The translations under genes and the position numbers were made by a program. The notes beneath the pieces were generated by a model. That model did not search any database. It was given only the letters and a program-made list of their open reading frames with translations, and had not been told where the DNA came from. Shown one piece after another: positions 40,201-54,000 of a stretch of 64,000 nt of DNA. The DNA lies in the NCBI RefSeq assembly GCF_009914755.1, contig NC_060933.1. The stretch is one strand, 5' to 3'. Position 1 is the stretch's first letter. Each line of letters opens with the position of its first letter. The stretch is from the human T2T-CHM13v2.0 reference genome, Homo sapiens.

Positions 40201-43200
40201 CATTCCATTCTACTCCATTCCAATCCATTCCATTCCATTCCATTCCACTCGAGTTGATTCCATTTCATTCCATTCCATTCCATTCCGTTCTATTCCGTTC
40301 TATTCCATTTGGGTGGATTCTATTCAATTCCTTTACCCTCCATTCCATTGCATTCCATTCCTCACAATTCCATTCCTTTCCACTCCATTCCAATCCTTTC
40401 CATTCCATACCATTTCATTCCATACCATTCTATTCCGTTCCATTCCATTCCACTCTTGTTGATTCCATTCCATTCCATTCCATTCCATTCCATTACAATC
40501 GAGTTGATTCCATTCCATTCCATTCCATTCCATTCCATTCCATTCCACTCGGGTTGATTCCATTCTGTTCCTTTCCATTCCATTCCATTCCCTTCCATTC
40601 CACTCTGGTTGATTCCATTCCTTTCCATTCCACTCGAATTCATTCCCTTCTATTCCACTCGGAATGGTTCCATTCCATTCCATTCCGTTCCACACCACTC
40701 CATTCCATTCCACTGCATTTCGTTCCATTCCATTCTAATCCGTACCATTCCATTCCATTCCATTCCATTCCATTCCATTGCACACTTGTTGATTCCATTC
40801 CATTCCATTCCTTTCCATTCCATTCCATTCCGGATGACTCCACTCCATTGCATTCCATTCCATTCCATTCCCCTGCACTCGGGTTGATTACATTCCATTC
40901 CTTTCCCTTCCATTCCGTTCCATTCCATTCCATTCCATTCCATTCTATTCGGGTTAATTCCATTCCATTCCATTCCATTCCATTCCATTCCATTCCATTC
41001 CATTCCATTCCATTTTAATCGAGTTGATTCCATTCCATTCCATTCTATTCCATTCCATTCCATTCCATTCCATGCCAATCCACTCGGGTTGATTCCATTC
41101 CATTCGGGTTGAATCCATTCCATTCCATTCCATTCCATTGCATTCCATTCCATTCCATTCCATTGAACTCGGGTTGACTCCATTCCATTCCATTGCGTTC
41201 CATTCCATTCGCTTCCACTCCATTCCAATCCATTCCATTCCATTCCATTACAATCGAGTTGATTCCATTCCATTCCATTCCATTCAATTCCATTCCATTC
41301 CAGTCCTTTCCATTCCATTCCACTAGGGTTGATTCCATACTATTACTTTCCATTCCATTCCATTCCCTTCCATTCACTCTGGTTGATTCCATTCCTTTCC
41401 ATTCCACTCGAATACATTCCCTTCTTTTCCACTCGGAATGATTCCATTCCATCCCATTCCATTCCATTCCATTCTATTCCATTTCGTTCCATTCCATTTC
41501 GCTCCATTCCATTCTAATCGGTACCATTCCATTCCATTCCATTCCATGCCATTCCACTCGGGTTCATTCCATTCCTGTCCATTCCATTGGGGTTGAATCC
41601 ATTCCATTCCGTTTCGTTCCGTTCCATTCGATTACATTCCATTGCACACGGATTGATTCCATTCCATTCCATTCCATTCCATTCCATTCCATTCCATTCC
41701 TTTCCATTCCGGATGACTCCAATTCATTGCATTCCATTCCATTCCATTCCCCTGCACTGGGGTTTATTACATTCCATTCCATTCCCTTCCATTCCGTTGC
41801 ATTCCATTCCATTCCATTCTATTCGGGTTAATTCCATTCCATTCCATACCATTCCATTCCATTCCATTCCATTCCCTTCCATTCCATTCCATTGCAATCG
41901 AGTTGATTCCATTCCATTCTATTCCATTCCATTCCATTCCATTCCATTCCATTCCATTCCATTCCATGCCATTCCACTCGGGTTGATTACATTCCTTTCC
42001 ATTCGATTCGGGTTGAATCCATTCCATTCCATTCCATTGCTTTCCATTCCATTGCACTCGGGTTGATTCCATTCCATTGCATTCCATTCCATTGCATTCC
42101 ATTCCATTCCATTCCACTCCATTGCATTCCATTCCATTCCATTCCACTCCATTCCAATCCATTCCATTCCATTCCATTCCACTCGAGTTGATTCCATTCC
42201 ATTCCATTCTATTCCGTTCTATTCCGTTCTATTCCATTTGGGTGGATTCTGTTCAATTCCTTTACACTCCATTCCATTGCATTCCATTCCTCACAATTCC
42301 ACTCCATTCCATTCCATTCCATTCCATTCCTTTCCATTCCATACCATTTCATTCCATTCCATTCTATTCCTTTCCATTCCATTCCACTCTTGTTGATTCC
42401 ATTCCATTCCATTCCATTCCATTGCATTCCATTCCGTTCCATTCCATTCCATTACATTCGGATTTATTCTATTCAATTCCTTTACACTCCATTCCATTCC
42501 ATTCCCTTCGGGTTGTTTACATTCCATTCCATTCCATTCCACTCCATTCCATTGCACTCGGATTGATTCCATTCCATTCCATTCCATTCCATTCCATTCC
42601 TTTCCAATCCATTCCATTCCATTCCATTCCATTCCGGATGATTCCATTCCATTCCATTCCATTCCATTCCGTTCCATTCCATTCCATTCCATTCTATTTG
42701 GGTTAATTCCATTCCTTTCCATTCCATTCCATTCCATTGCAATCGAGTTGATTCCATTCCATTCCATTCCATTCCATTCCATTCCATTCCAGTCCTTTCC
42801 ATTCCATTCCACTCGGGTTGATTCCATTCTATTCCTTTTCATTCCATTCCATTCCCTTCCATTCCAATCTGGTTGATTCCATTCCTTTCCATTCTACTCG
42901 AAAACATTCCCTTCTATTCCACTTGGAATGATTCCATTCCATTCAATTCCATTCCATTCCATTCCATTCCATTCCATTCCATTTCGTTCCATTCCATTCT
43001 GTTCCGTACCATTCCATTCCATTCCATTCCACTCGGGTTGATTCCATTACTTTCCATTCCATTCGGGTTGAATTCATTCCATTCCATTCCATTCCATTCG
43101 ATTCCATTCAATTGCACTCGTGTTGATTCCATTCCATTGCATTCCATTCCGTTCCATTCCATTCCATTCTGTTCAATTCCATTCCATTACTTTCGGATTG

Positions 43201-43390
43201 ATTCCATTCAATTCACTTACGCTCCATTACATTCCATTCCATTCGTGTTGTTTCCATTCCATTCCATTCCATTCCACTCCATTCGATTGCACTCGGGTTC
43301 ATTCCATTCCATTCCATTCCATTCCATTCCATTCCATTCCATTCCATTCTATTCCATTCCATTCCATTCTAATCCGTACCCTTCCATTCC
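28250..43390 (+). repeat. HSat3 tandem duplication, unit about 7.6 kb (about 28250-35790 and 35850-43390)
   Basis: Markers recur at +7594 to +7654: CATTATATTC 28417/36021, CCGGAAGACT 29871/37525, CCTTAACATT 31541/39185, ORFs 33770/41374 and 35279/42873. Confidence 0.9.
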
Positions 43391-46300
43391 ATTCTATTCC
43401 ATTCCATTCCATGCCATTCCACTCGGGTTCATTCCATTCCTTTCCATTCCTTTCGGATTGAATCCATTCCATTCTATTCGATTCCATTCCATTGCACACG
43501 GTTTGATTCCATTCCATTCCATTCCATTCCATTCCATTCCAATCCATTCCGGAAGACTCCCCTCCATTGCATTCCATTCCATTCCATTCCCCTGAACTCG
43601 GGTTGATTACATTCCATTCCATTCCCTTCCATTCCGTTCCATTCCATTCCATTCCATTCTATTCGGGTTAATTCCATTCCATTCCATTCCATTCCATTCC
43701 ATTCCATTCCATTCCATTCCATTCCATTGCAATCGAGTTGATTCCATTCCATTCCATTCCATTCCATTCCAGTCATTTCCATTCCATTCCCCTCGGGTTG
43801 ACTCCATTCTATTCCTTTCCATTCCATTCCATTCCCTTCCATTCCACTCTGGTTGATTCCATTCCTTTCCATTCCACTCGAATACATTCCCTTTTATTCC
43901 ACTCGGAATGATTCCATTCCATTCCATTCCAATCCTTTCCATTCCATTCCATTCCATTCCATTTCGTTCCATTCCATTTTAATCCGTACCCTTCCATTCC
44001 ATTCCATTCCATTCTATTCCATTCCATTCCATGCCATTCCACTCGGGTTCATTACATTCCTTTACATTCCATTCGGATTGAATCCATTCCATTCTATTCG
44101 ATTCCATTCCATTGCACAGGTTTTGATTCCATTCCATTCCATTCCATTCCATTCCAATCCATTCCAATCCATTCCGTTGACTCCCCTCCATTGCATTCCA
44201 TTCCATTCCATTCCCCTGCACTCGGGTTGATTACATTCCATTCCATTCCCTTCCATTCCGTTCCATTCCATTCCATTCCATTCTATTCGGGTTAATTCCA
44301 TTCCATTCCATTCCATTCCATTCAATTCCTTTCCATTCCATGGCAATCGAGTTGATTCCATTCCATTCGATTCGATTTTATTCCATTCCATTCTATGCCA
44401 ATCCACTCGGGTTGATTCCATTCCTTTCCATTCCATTCGGGTTGAATCCATTCCATTCCATTCCATTCCATTCCATTGCACTCGGGTTGATTCCACTCCA
44501 TTCCATTGCGTTCCATTCCATTCCATTCCACCCCATTCCAATCCATTCCATTCCATTCTATTCCACTCGGGTTGATTCCATTCCATTCCATTCCATTCCA
44601 TTCATTTCCGTTCTATTCCATTGTATTCCATTCGGATGGATTCTATTCAATTCCTTTACATTCCATTGCATTGCATTCCATTCCACACAATTCCATTCCA
44701 TTCCATTCCATTACTTTCCATTCCATACCATTTCATTCCATTCCATTCTATTCCTTTCCATTCCATTCCACTCTTGTTGATTCCATTCCATTCCATTCCA
44801 TTCCATTCCATTCCATTCCATTCCATTCTATTCCATTCCATTCAATTCCATTCAATTCCATTCGATTCCATTGCACTCGGGTTGATTCCACTCCATTCCA
44901 TTGCGTTCCATTCCATTCCATTCCATTCCAGTCCTTTCCATTCCATTCCACTCGGGTTGATTCCATTCTATTCCTTTTCATTCCATTCCATTCCCTTCCA
45001 TTCCACTCTGGTTGATTCCATTCCTTTCCATTGTACTCGAATACATTCCCTTCTATTCCACTCGGAATGATTCCATTCCATTCCATTCCATTCCATTCCA
45101 TTCCATTCCATTCCATTCCATTTCGTTCCATTCCATTCTGTTCCATTCCATTCCATTCCATTCCATTCCACTCGGGTTGATTCCATTCCTTTCCATTCCA
45201 TTCGGGTTGAATTCATTCCATTCCATTCCATTCCATTCGATTCCATTCCATTGCACTCGTGTTGATTCCATTCCTTTGCATTCCATTCCGTTCCATTCCA
45301 TTCCATTCTGTTCAATTCCATTCCATTACTTTCGGATTGATTCTATTCAATTCACTTACGCTCCATTACATTCCATTCCATTCGGGTTGAATCCATTCCA
45401 TTCCATTCCATTCCATTCCATCCCATTCCATTGCACTCGGGTTGATTCCACTCCATTCCATTGCGTTCCATTCCATTCCATTCCACCCCAATCCAATCCA
45501 TTCCATTCCACTCGAGTTGATTCCATTCCATTCCATTCCATTCCATTCCTTTACGTTCTATACCATTCTATTCCATTCGGGTGGATTCTATTCAATTCCT
45601 TTACGCTCCATTGCATTGCATTCCATTCCACACAATTCCATTCCATTCCATTCCATTCCATTAGTTTCCATTCCATACCATTTCATTCCATTCCATTCTT
45701 TTCCTTTCCATTCCATTCCAATCTTGCTGATTCCATTCCATTCCATTCCATTCCATTCCATTCCATTCCATTCCATTCCATTCCTTAACATTCCATTCCA
45801 CTCGGGTTGATTCCATTCTATTCCTTTCCATTCCATTCCATTCCCTTCCATTCCACTCTGGTTGATTCCATTCCTTTCCATTCCACTCGAATTCATTCCC
45901 TTCTATTCCACTCGGAATGGTTACATTCCATTCCATTCCATTCCATACCATTCCATTCCATTTCGTTCCATTCCTTTCTAATCCGTACCATTCCATTCCA
46001 TTCCATTCCATTCCATTCCATTCCATTCCATTCCATTCCATTCGATTCCATTCCATTGCACACGGGTTGATTCCATTCCATTCCATTCCATTCCATTCCA
46101 TTCCATTCCATTCCATTCCATTCCGGATGACTCCAATTCATTGGATTCCATTCCATTCCATACCCCTGCACTCGGGTTGATTACATTCCATTCCATTCCC
46201 TTCCATTCCGTTCCATTCCATTCCATTCCATTCTATTCGGGTTAATTCCATTCCATTCTATTCCATTCCATTCCATTCCATTCCATTCCATTCCATTCCA

Positions 46301-49300
46301 TGCCATTCCACTCGGGTTCATTCCATTCCTTTCCATTCCATTCGGGTTGAATCCATTCCATTCCATTTCGTTCCGTTCCATTCGATTCCATTCCTTTGCA
46401 CACGGGTTGATTCAATTCCATTCCATTCCATTCCATTCCATTCCATTCCATTCCATTCCAGATGACTCCACTTCATTGCATTCCATTCCATTCCATTCCC
46501 CTGCACTGGGGTTTATTACATTCCATTCCATTCCCTTCCATTCCGTTCCATTCCATTCCATTCCATTCTATTCGGGGTAATTCCATTCCATTCCATTCCA
46601 TTCCATTCCATTCCATTCCATTCCATTCCATGCCATTCCATTCCATTCCATTCCATTGCAATCGAGTTGATTCCATTCCATTCCATTCCATTCCATTCCA
46701 TTACATTACATTCCATGCCATTCCAGTCCATTCCATTGCTTTCCATTCCATTGCACTCGGGTTGATTCCATTCCATTCCATTCCATTCCATTGCATTCCA
46801 TTCCATTCCATTCCATTCTACTCCATTCCAATCCATTCCATTCCATTCCATTCCACTCGAGTTGATTCCATTTCATTCCATTCCATTCCATTCCGTTCTA
46901 TTCCGTTCTATTCCATTTGGGTGGATTCTATTCAATTCCTTTACCCTCCATTCCATTGCATTCCATTCCTCACAATTCCATTCCTTTCCACTCCATTCCA
47001 ATCCTTTCCATTCCATACCATTTCATTCCATACCATTCTATTCCGTTCCATTCCATTCCACTCTTGTTGATTCCATTCCATTCCATTCCATTCCATTCCA
47101 TTACAATCGAGTTGATTCCATTCCATTCCATTCCATTCCATTCCATTCCATTCCACTCGGGTTGATTCCATTCTGTTCCTTTCCATTCCATTCCATTCCC
47201 TTCCATTCCACTCTGGTTGATTCCATTCCTTTCCATTCCACTCGAATTCATTCCCTTCTATTCCACTCGGAATGGTTCCATTCCATTCCATTCCGTTCCA
47301 CACCACTCCATTCCATTCCACTGCATTTCGTTCCATTCCATTCTAATCCGTACCATTCCATTCCATTCCATTCCATTCCATTCCATTGCACACTTGTTGA
47401 TTCCATTCCATTCCATTCCTTTCCATTCCATTCCATTCCGGATGACTCCACTCCATTGCATTCCATTCCATTCCATTCCCCTGCACTCGGGTTGATTACA
47501 TTCCATTCCTTTCCCTTCCATTCCGTTCCATTCCATTCCATTCCATTCCATTCTATTCGGGTTAATTCCATTCCATTCCATTCCATTCCATTCCATTCCA
47601 TTCCATTCCATTCCATTCCATTCCATTCCATTTTAATCGAGTTGATTCCATTCCATTCCATTCTATTCCATTCCATTCCATTCCATTCCATGCCAATCCA
47701 CTCGGGTTGATTCCATTCCATTCGGGTTGAATCCATTCCATTCCATTCCATTCCATTGCATTCCATTCCATTCCATTCCATTGAACTCGGGTTGACTCCA
47801 TTCCATTCCATTGCGTTCCATTCCATTCGCTTCCACTCCATTCCAATCCATTCCATTCCATTCCATTACAATCGAGTTGATTCCATTCCATTCCATTCCA
47901 TTCAATTCCATTCCATTCCAGTCCTTTCCATTCCATTCCACTAGGGTTGATTCCATACTATTACTTTCCATTCCATTCCATTCCCTTCCATTCACTCTGG
48001 TTGATTCCATTCCTTTCCATTCCACTCGAATACATTCCCTTCTTTTCCACTCGGAATGATTCCATTCCATCCCATTCCATTCCATTCCATTCTATTCCAT
48101 TTCGTTCCATTCCATTTCGCTCCATTCCATTCTAATCGGTACCATTCCATTCCATTCCATTCCATGCCATTCCACTCGGGTTCATTCCATTCCTGTCCAT
48201 TCCATTGGGGTTGAATCCATTCCATTCCGTTTCGTTCCGTTCCATTCGATTACATTCCATTGCACACAGATTGATTCCATTCCATTCCATTCCATTCCAT
48301 TCCATTCCATTCCATTCCTTTCCATTCCGGATGACTCCAATTCATTGCATTCCATTCCATTCCATTCCCCTGCACTGGGGTTTATTACATTCCATTCCAT
48401 TCCCTTCCATTCCGTTGCATTCCATTCCATTCCATTCTATTCGGGTTAATTCCATTCCATTCCATACCATTCCATTCCATTCCATTCCATTCCCTTCCAT
48501 TCCATTCCATTGCAATCGAGTTGATTCCATTCCATTCTATTCCATTCCATTCCATTCCATTCCATTCCATTCCATTCCATTCCATGCCATTCCACTCGGG
48601 TTGATTACATTCCTTTCCATTCGATTCGGGTTGAATCCATTCCATTCCATTCCATTGCTTTCCATTCCATTGCACTCGGGTTGATTCCATTCCATTGCAT
48701 TCCATTCCATTGCATTCCATTCCATTCCATTCCACTCCATTGCATTCCATTCCATTCCATTCCACTCCATTCCAATCCATTCCATTCCATTCCATTCCAC
48801 TCGAGTTGATTCCATTCCATTCCATTCTATTCCGTTCTATTCCGTTCTATTCCATTTGGGTGGATTCTGTTCAATTCCTTTACACTCCATTCCATTGCAT
48901 TCCATTCCTCACAATTCCACTCCATTCCATTCCATTCCATTCCATTCCTTTCCATTCCATACCATTTCATTCCATTCCATTCTATTCCTTTCCATTCCAT
49001 TCCACTCTTGTTGATTCCATTCCATTCCATTCCATTCCATTGCATTCCATTCCGTTCCATTCCATTCCATTACATTCGGATTTATTCTATTCAATTCCTT
49101 TACACTCCATTCCATTCCATTCCCTTCGGGTTGTTTACATTCCATTCCATTCCATTCCACTCCATTCCATTGCACTCGGATTGATTCCATTCCATTCCAT
49201 TCCATTCCATTCCATTCCTTTCCAATCCATTCCATTCCATTCCATTCCATTCCGGATGATTCCATTCCATTCCATTCCATTCCATTCCGTTCCATTCCAT

Positions 49301-51015
49301 TCCATTCCATTCTATTTGGGTTAATTCCATTCCTTTCCATTCCATTCCATTCCATTGCAATCGAGTTGATTCCATTCCATTCCATTCCATTCCATTCCAT
49401 TCCATTCCAGTCCTTTCCATTCCATTCCACTCGGGTTGATTCCATTCTATTCCTTTTCATTCCATTCCATTCCCTTCCATTCCAATCTGGTTGATTCCAT
49501 TCCTTTCCATTCTACTCGAAAACATTCCCTTCTATTCCACTTGGAATGATTCCATTCCATTCAATTCCATTCCATTCCATTCCATTCCATTCCATTCCAT
49601 TTCGTTCCATTCCATTCTGTTCCGTACCATTCCATTCCATTCCATTCCACTCGGGTTGATTCCATTCCTTTCCATTCCATTCGGGTTGAATTCATTCCAT
49701 TCCATTCCATTCCATTCGATTCCATTCAATTGCACTCGTGTTGATTCCATTCCATTGCATTCCATTCCGTTCCATTCCATTCCATTCTGTTCAATTCCAT
49801 TCCATTACTTTCGGATTGATTCCATTCAATTCACTTACGCTCCATTACATTCCATTCCATTCGTGTTGTTTCCATTCCATTCCATTCCATTCCACTCCAT
49901 TCGATTGCACTCGGGTTCATTCCATTCCATTCCATTCCATTCCATTCCATTCCATTCCATTCCATTCCATTCTATTCCATTCCATTCCATTCTAATCCGT
50001 ACCCTTCCATTCCATTCTATTCCATTCCATTCCATGCCATTCCACTCGGGTTCATTCCATTCCTTTCCATTCCTTTCGGATTGAATCCATTCCATTCTAT
50101 TCGATTCCATTCCATTGCACACGGTTTGATTCCATTCCATTCCATTCCATTCCATTCCATTCCAATCCATTCCGGAAGACTCCCCTCCATTGCATTCCAT
50201 TCCATTCCATTCCCCTGAACTCGGGTTGATTACATTCCATTCCATTCCCTTCCATTCCGTTCCATTCCATTCCATTCCATTCTATTCGGGTTAATTCCAT
50301 TCCATTCCATTCCATTCCATTCCATTCCATTCCATTCCATTCCATTGCAATCGAGTTGATTCCATTCCATTCCATTCCATTCCATTCCAGTCATTTCCAT
50401 TCCATTCCCCTCGGGTTGACTCCATTCTATTCCTTTCCATTCCATTCCATTCCCTTCCATTCCACTCTGGTTGATTCCATTCCTTTCCATTCCACTCGAA
50501 TACATTCCCTTTTATTCCACTCGGAATGATTCCATTCCATTCCATTCCATTCCTTTCCATTCCATTCCATTCCATTCCATTTCGTTCCATTCCATTTTAA
50601 TCCGTACCCTTCCATTCCATTCCATTCCATTCTATTCCATTCCATTCCATGCCATTCCACTCGGGTTCATTACATTCCTTTACATTCCATTCGGATTGAA
50701 TCCATTCCATTCTATTCGATTCCATTCCATTGCACAGGTTTTGATTCCATTCCATTCCATTCCATTCCATTCCAATCCATTCCAATCCATTCCGTTGACT
50801 CCCCTCCATTGCATTCCATTCCATTCCATTCCCCTGCACTCGGGTTGATTACATTCCATTCCATTCCCTTCCATTCCGTTCCATTCCATTCCATTCCATT
50901 CTATTCGGGTTAATTCCATTCCATTCCATTCCATTCCATTCAATTCCTTTCCATTCCATGGCAATCGAGTTGATTCCATTCCATTCGATTCGATTTTATT
51001 CCATTCCATTCTATG
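37800..51015 (+). repeat. HSat3 tandem duplication, unit about 6.6 kb (about 37800-44400 and 44400-51015)
   Basis: Markers recur at +6593 to +6623: ORFs 37913/44506, 39854/46462, 41374/47992, 43853/50471; CCTTAACATT 39185/45783. Confidence 0.9.
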
Positions 51016-54000
51016 CCAATCCACTCGTGTTGATTCCATTCCTTTCTATTCCATTCGGGTTGAATCCATTCCATTGCATTCCATTCCATTCCATTCCATT
51101 CCATTGCATTCGGGTTGATTCCACTCCATTCCATTGCGTTCCATTCCATTCCATACCACCCCATTCCAATCCATTCCATTCCATTCCATTCCACTCGAGT
51201 TGATTCCATTCCATTCCATTCCATTCCTTTCCGTTCTATTCCATTCTATTCCATTCGGGTGGATTCTATTCAATTCCTTTACACTCCATTGCATTGCATT
51301 CCATTCCACACAATTCCATTCCATTCCATTCCATTCCATTACTTTCCATTCCATACCATTTCATTCCATTCCATTCTATTCCTTTCCATTCCATTCCACT
51401 CTTGTTGATTCCATTCCATTCCATTCCATTCCATTCCATTCCATTCCATTACAATCGAGTTGATTCCATTCCATTCCATTCCTTTCCATTCCATTCCACT
51501 CGGGTTTATTCCATTCTCTTCCTTTCCATTCCATTCCATTCCCTTCCATTCCACTCTGGTTGATTCCATTCCTTTCCATTTCACTCGAATTCATTCCCTT
51601 CTATTCCACTCGGAATGTTTCCATTCCATTCCATTCCATTCCATACCATTCCATTCCATTCCATTCCATTCCATTTCGTTCCATTCCATTCTAATCCGTA
51701 CCATTCCATTCCATTCCATTCCATTCCATTGCACACTTGTTGATTCCATTCCATTCCATTCCATTCCATTCCATTCCATTCCATTCCATTCCTTTCCATT
51801 CCATTCCGGATGACTCCACTCCATTGCATTCCATTCCATTCCATTCCCCTGCACTCGGGTTGATTACATGCCATTCCTTTCCCTTCCATTCCGTTCCATT
51901 CCATTCCATTCCATTCTATTCGGGTTAATTCCATTCCATTCCACTCCATTCCATTCCATTCCATTCCATTCCATTCCATTCCATTCCATTTTAATCGAGT
52001 TGATTCCATTCCATTCCATTCTATTCCATTCCATTCCATTCCATTCCATGCCAATCCACTCGGGTTGATTCCATTCCATTCGGGATGAATCCATTCCATT
52101 CCATTCCATTCCATTCCATTCCATTCCATTCCATTCCATTCCATTGCACTCGGGTTGATTCCATTGCGTTCCATTCCACTCCATTCCACTCCATTCCAAT
52201 CCATTCCATTCCATTCCATTACAATCGAGTTGATTCCATTCCATTCCATTCCATTCAATTCCATTCCATTCCAGTCCTTTCCATTCCATTCCACTAGGGT
52301 TGATTCCATACTATTACTTTCCATTCCATTCAATTCCCTTCCATTCACTCTGTTTGATTCCATTCCTTTCCATTCCACTCGAATACATTCCCTTCTATTC
52401 CACTCGGAATGATTCCATTCCATCCCATTCCATTCCATTCCATTCTATACCATTTCGTTCCATTCCATTTCGCTCCATTCCATTCTAATCCGTACCATTC
52501 CATTCCATTCCATTCCATGCCATTCCACTCGGGTTCATTCCATTCCTTTCCATTCCATTGGGGTTGAATCCATTCCATTCCATTTCGTTCCGTTCCATTC
52601 GATTACATTCCATTGCACACGGATTGATTCCATTCCATTCCATTCCATTCCATTCCATTCCATTCCATTCCATTCCTTTCCATTCCGGATGACTCCAATT
52701 CATTGCATTCCATTCCATTCCATTCCCCTGCACTGGGGTTTATTACATTCCATTCCATTCCCTTCCATTCCGTTCCATTCCATTCCATTCCATTCTATTC
52801 GGGTTAATTCCATTCCATTCCATACCATTCCATTCCATTCCATTCCATTCCATTCCATTCCATTCCATTCCATTGCAATCGAGTTGATTCCATTCCATTC
52901 TATTCCATTCCATTCCATTCCATTCCATTCCATTCCATTCCATGCCATTCCACTCGGGTTGATTTCATTCCTTTCCATTCGATTCGGGTTGAATCCATTC
53001 CATTCCATTCCATTGCTTTCCATTCCATTGCACTCGGGTTGATTCCATTCCATTGCATTCCATTCCATTGCATTCCATTCCATTCCATTCCACTCCATTG
53101 CATTATATTCCATTCCATTCCACTCCATTGCATTCCATTCCATTCCATTCCACTCCATTCCAATCCATTCCATTCCATTCCATTCCACTCGAGTTGATTC
53201 CATTCCATTCCATTCCATTCCATTCCATTCCATTCCGTTCTATTCCGTTCTATTCCATTTGGGTGGATTCTGTTCAATTCCTTTACACTCCATTCCATTG
53301 AATTCCATTCCTCACAATTCCACTCCATTCCATTCCATTCCATTCCATTCCTTTCCATTCCATACCATTTCATTCCATTCCATTCTATTCCTTTCCATTC
53401 CATTCCACTCTTGTTGATTCCATTCCATTCCATTCCATTCCATTCCATTCCATTCCGTTCCATTCCATTCCATTACATTCGGATTTATTCTATTCAATTC
53501 CTTTACACTCCATTCCATTCCATTCCCTTCGGGTTGTTTACATTCCATTCCATTCCATTCCACTCCATTCCATTGCACTCGGATTGATTCCATTCCATTC
53601 CATTCCATTCCATTCCATTCCATTCCATTCCATTCCATTCCATTCCTTTCCATTCCATTCCATTCCATTCCATTCCATTCCATTCCGGATGATTCCATTC
53701 CATTCCATTCCATTCCGTTCCATTCCATTCTATTTGGGTTAATTCCATTCCTTTCCATTCCATTCCATTCCATTCCATTCCATTGCAATCGAGTTGATTC
53801 CATTCCATTCCATTCCATTCCATTCCATTCCAGTCCTTTCCATTCCATTCCACTCGGGTTGATTCCATTCTATTCGTTTTCATTCCATTCCATTCCCTTC
53901 CATTCCACTCTGGTTGATTCCATTCCTTTTCATTCTACTCGAAAACATTCCCTTCTATTCCACTCGGAATGATTCCATTCCATTCAATTCCATTCCATTC

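Noticed and set aside
33910-48145. KpnI sites (about 33916, 41520, 48138) suggesting the chr15-type 1.8-kb KpnI HSat3 repeat
   Set aside because: Their spacing is 7.6 and 6.6 kb, following the local duplications, not 1.8 kb.
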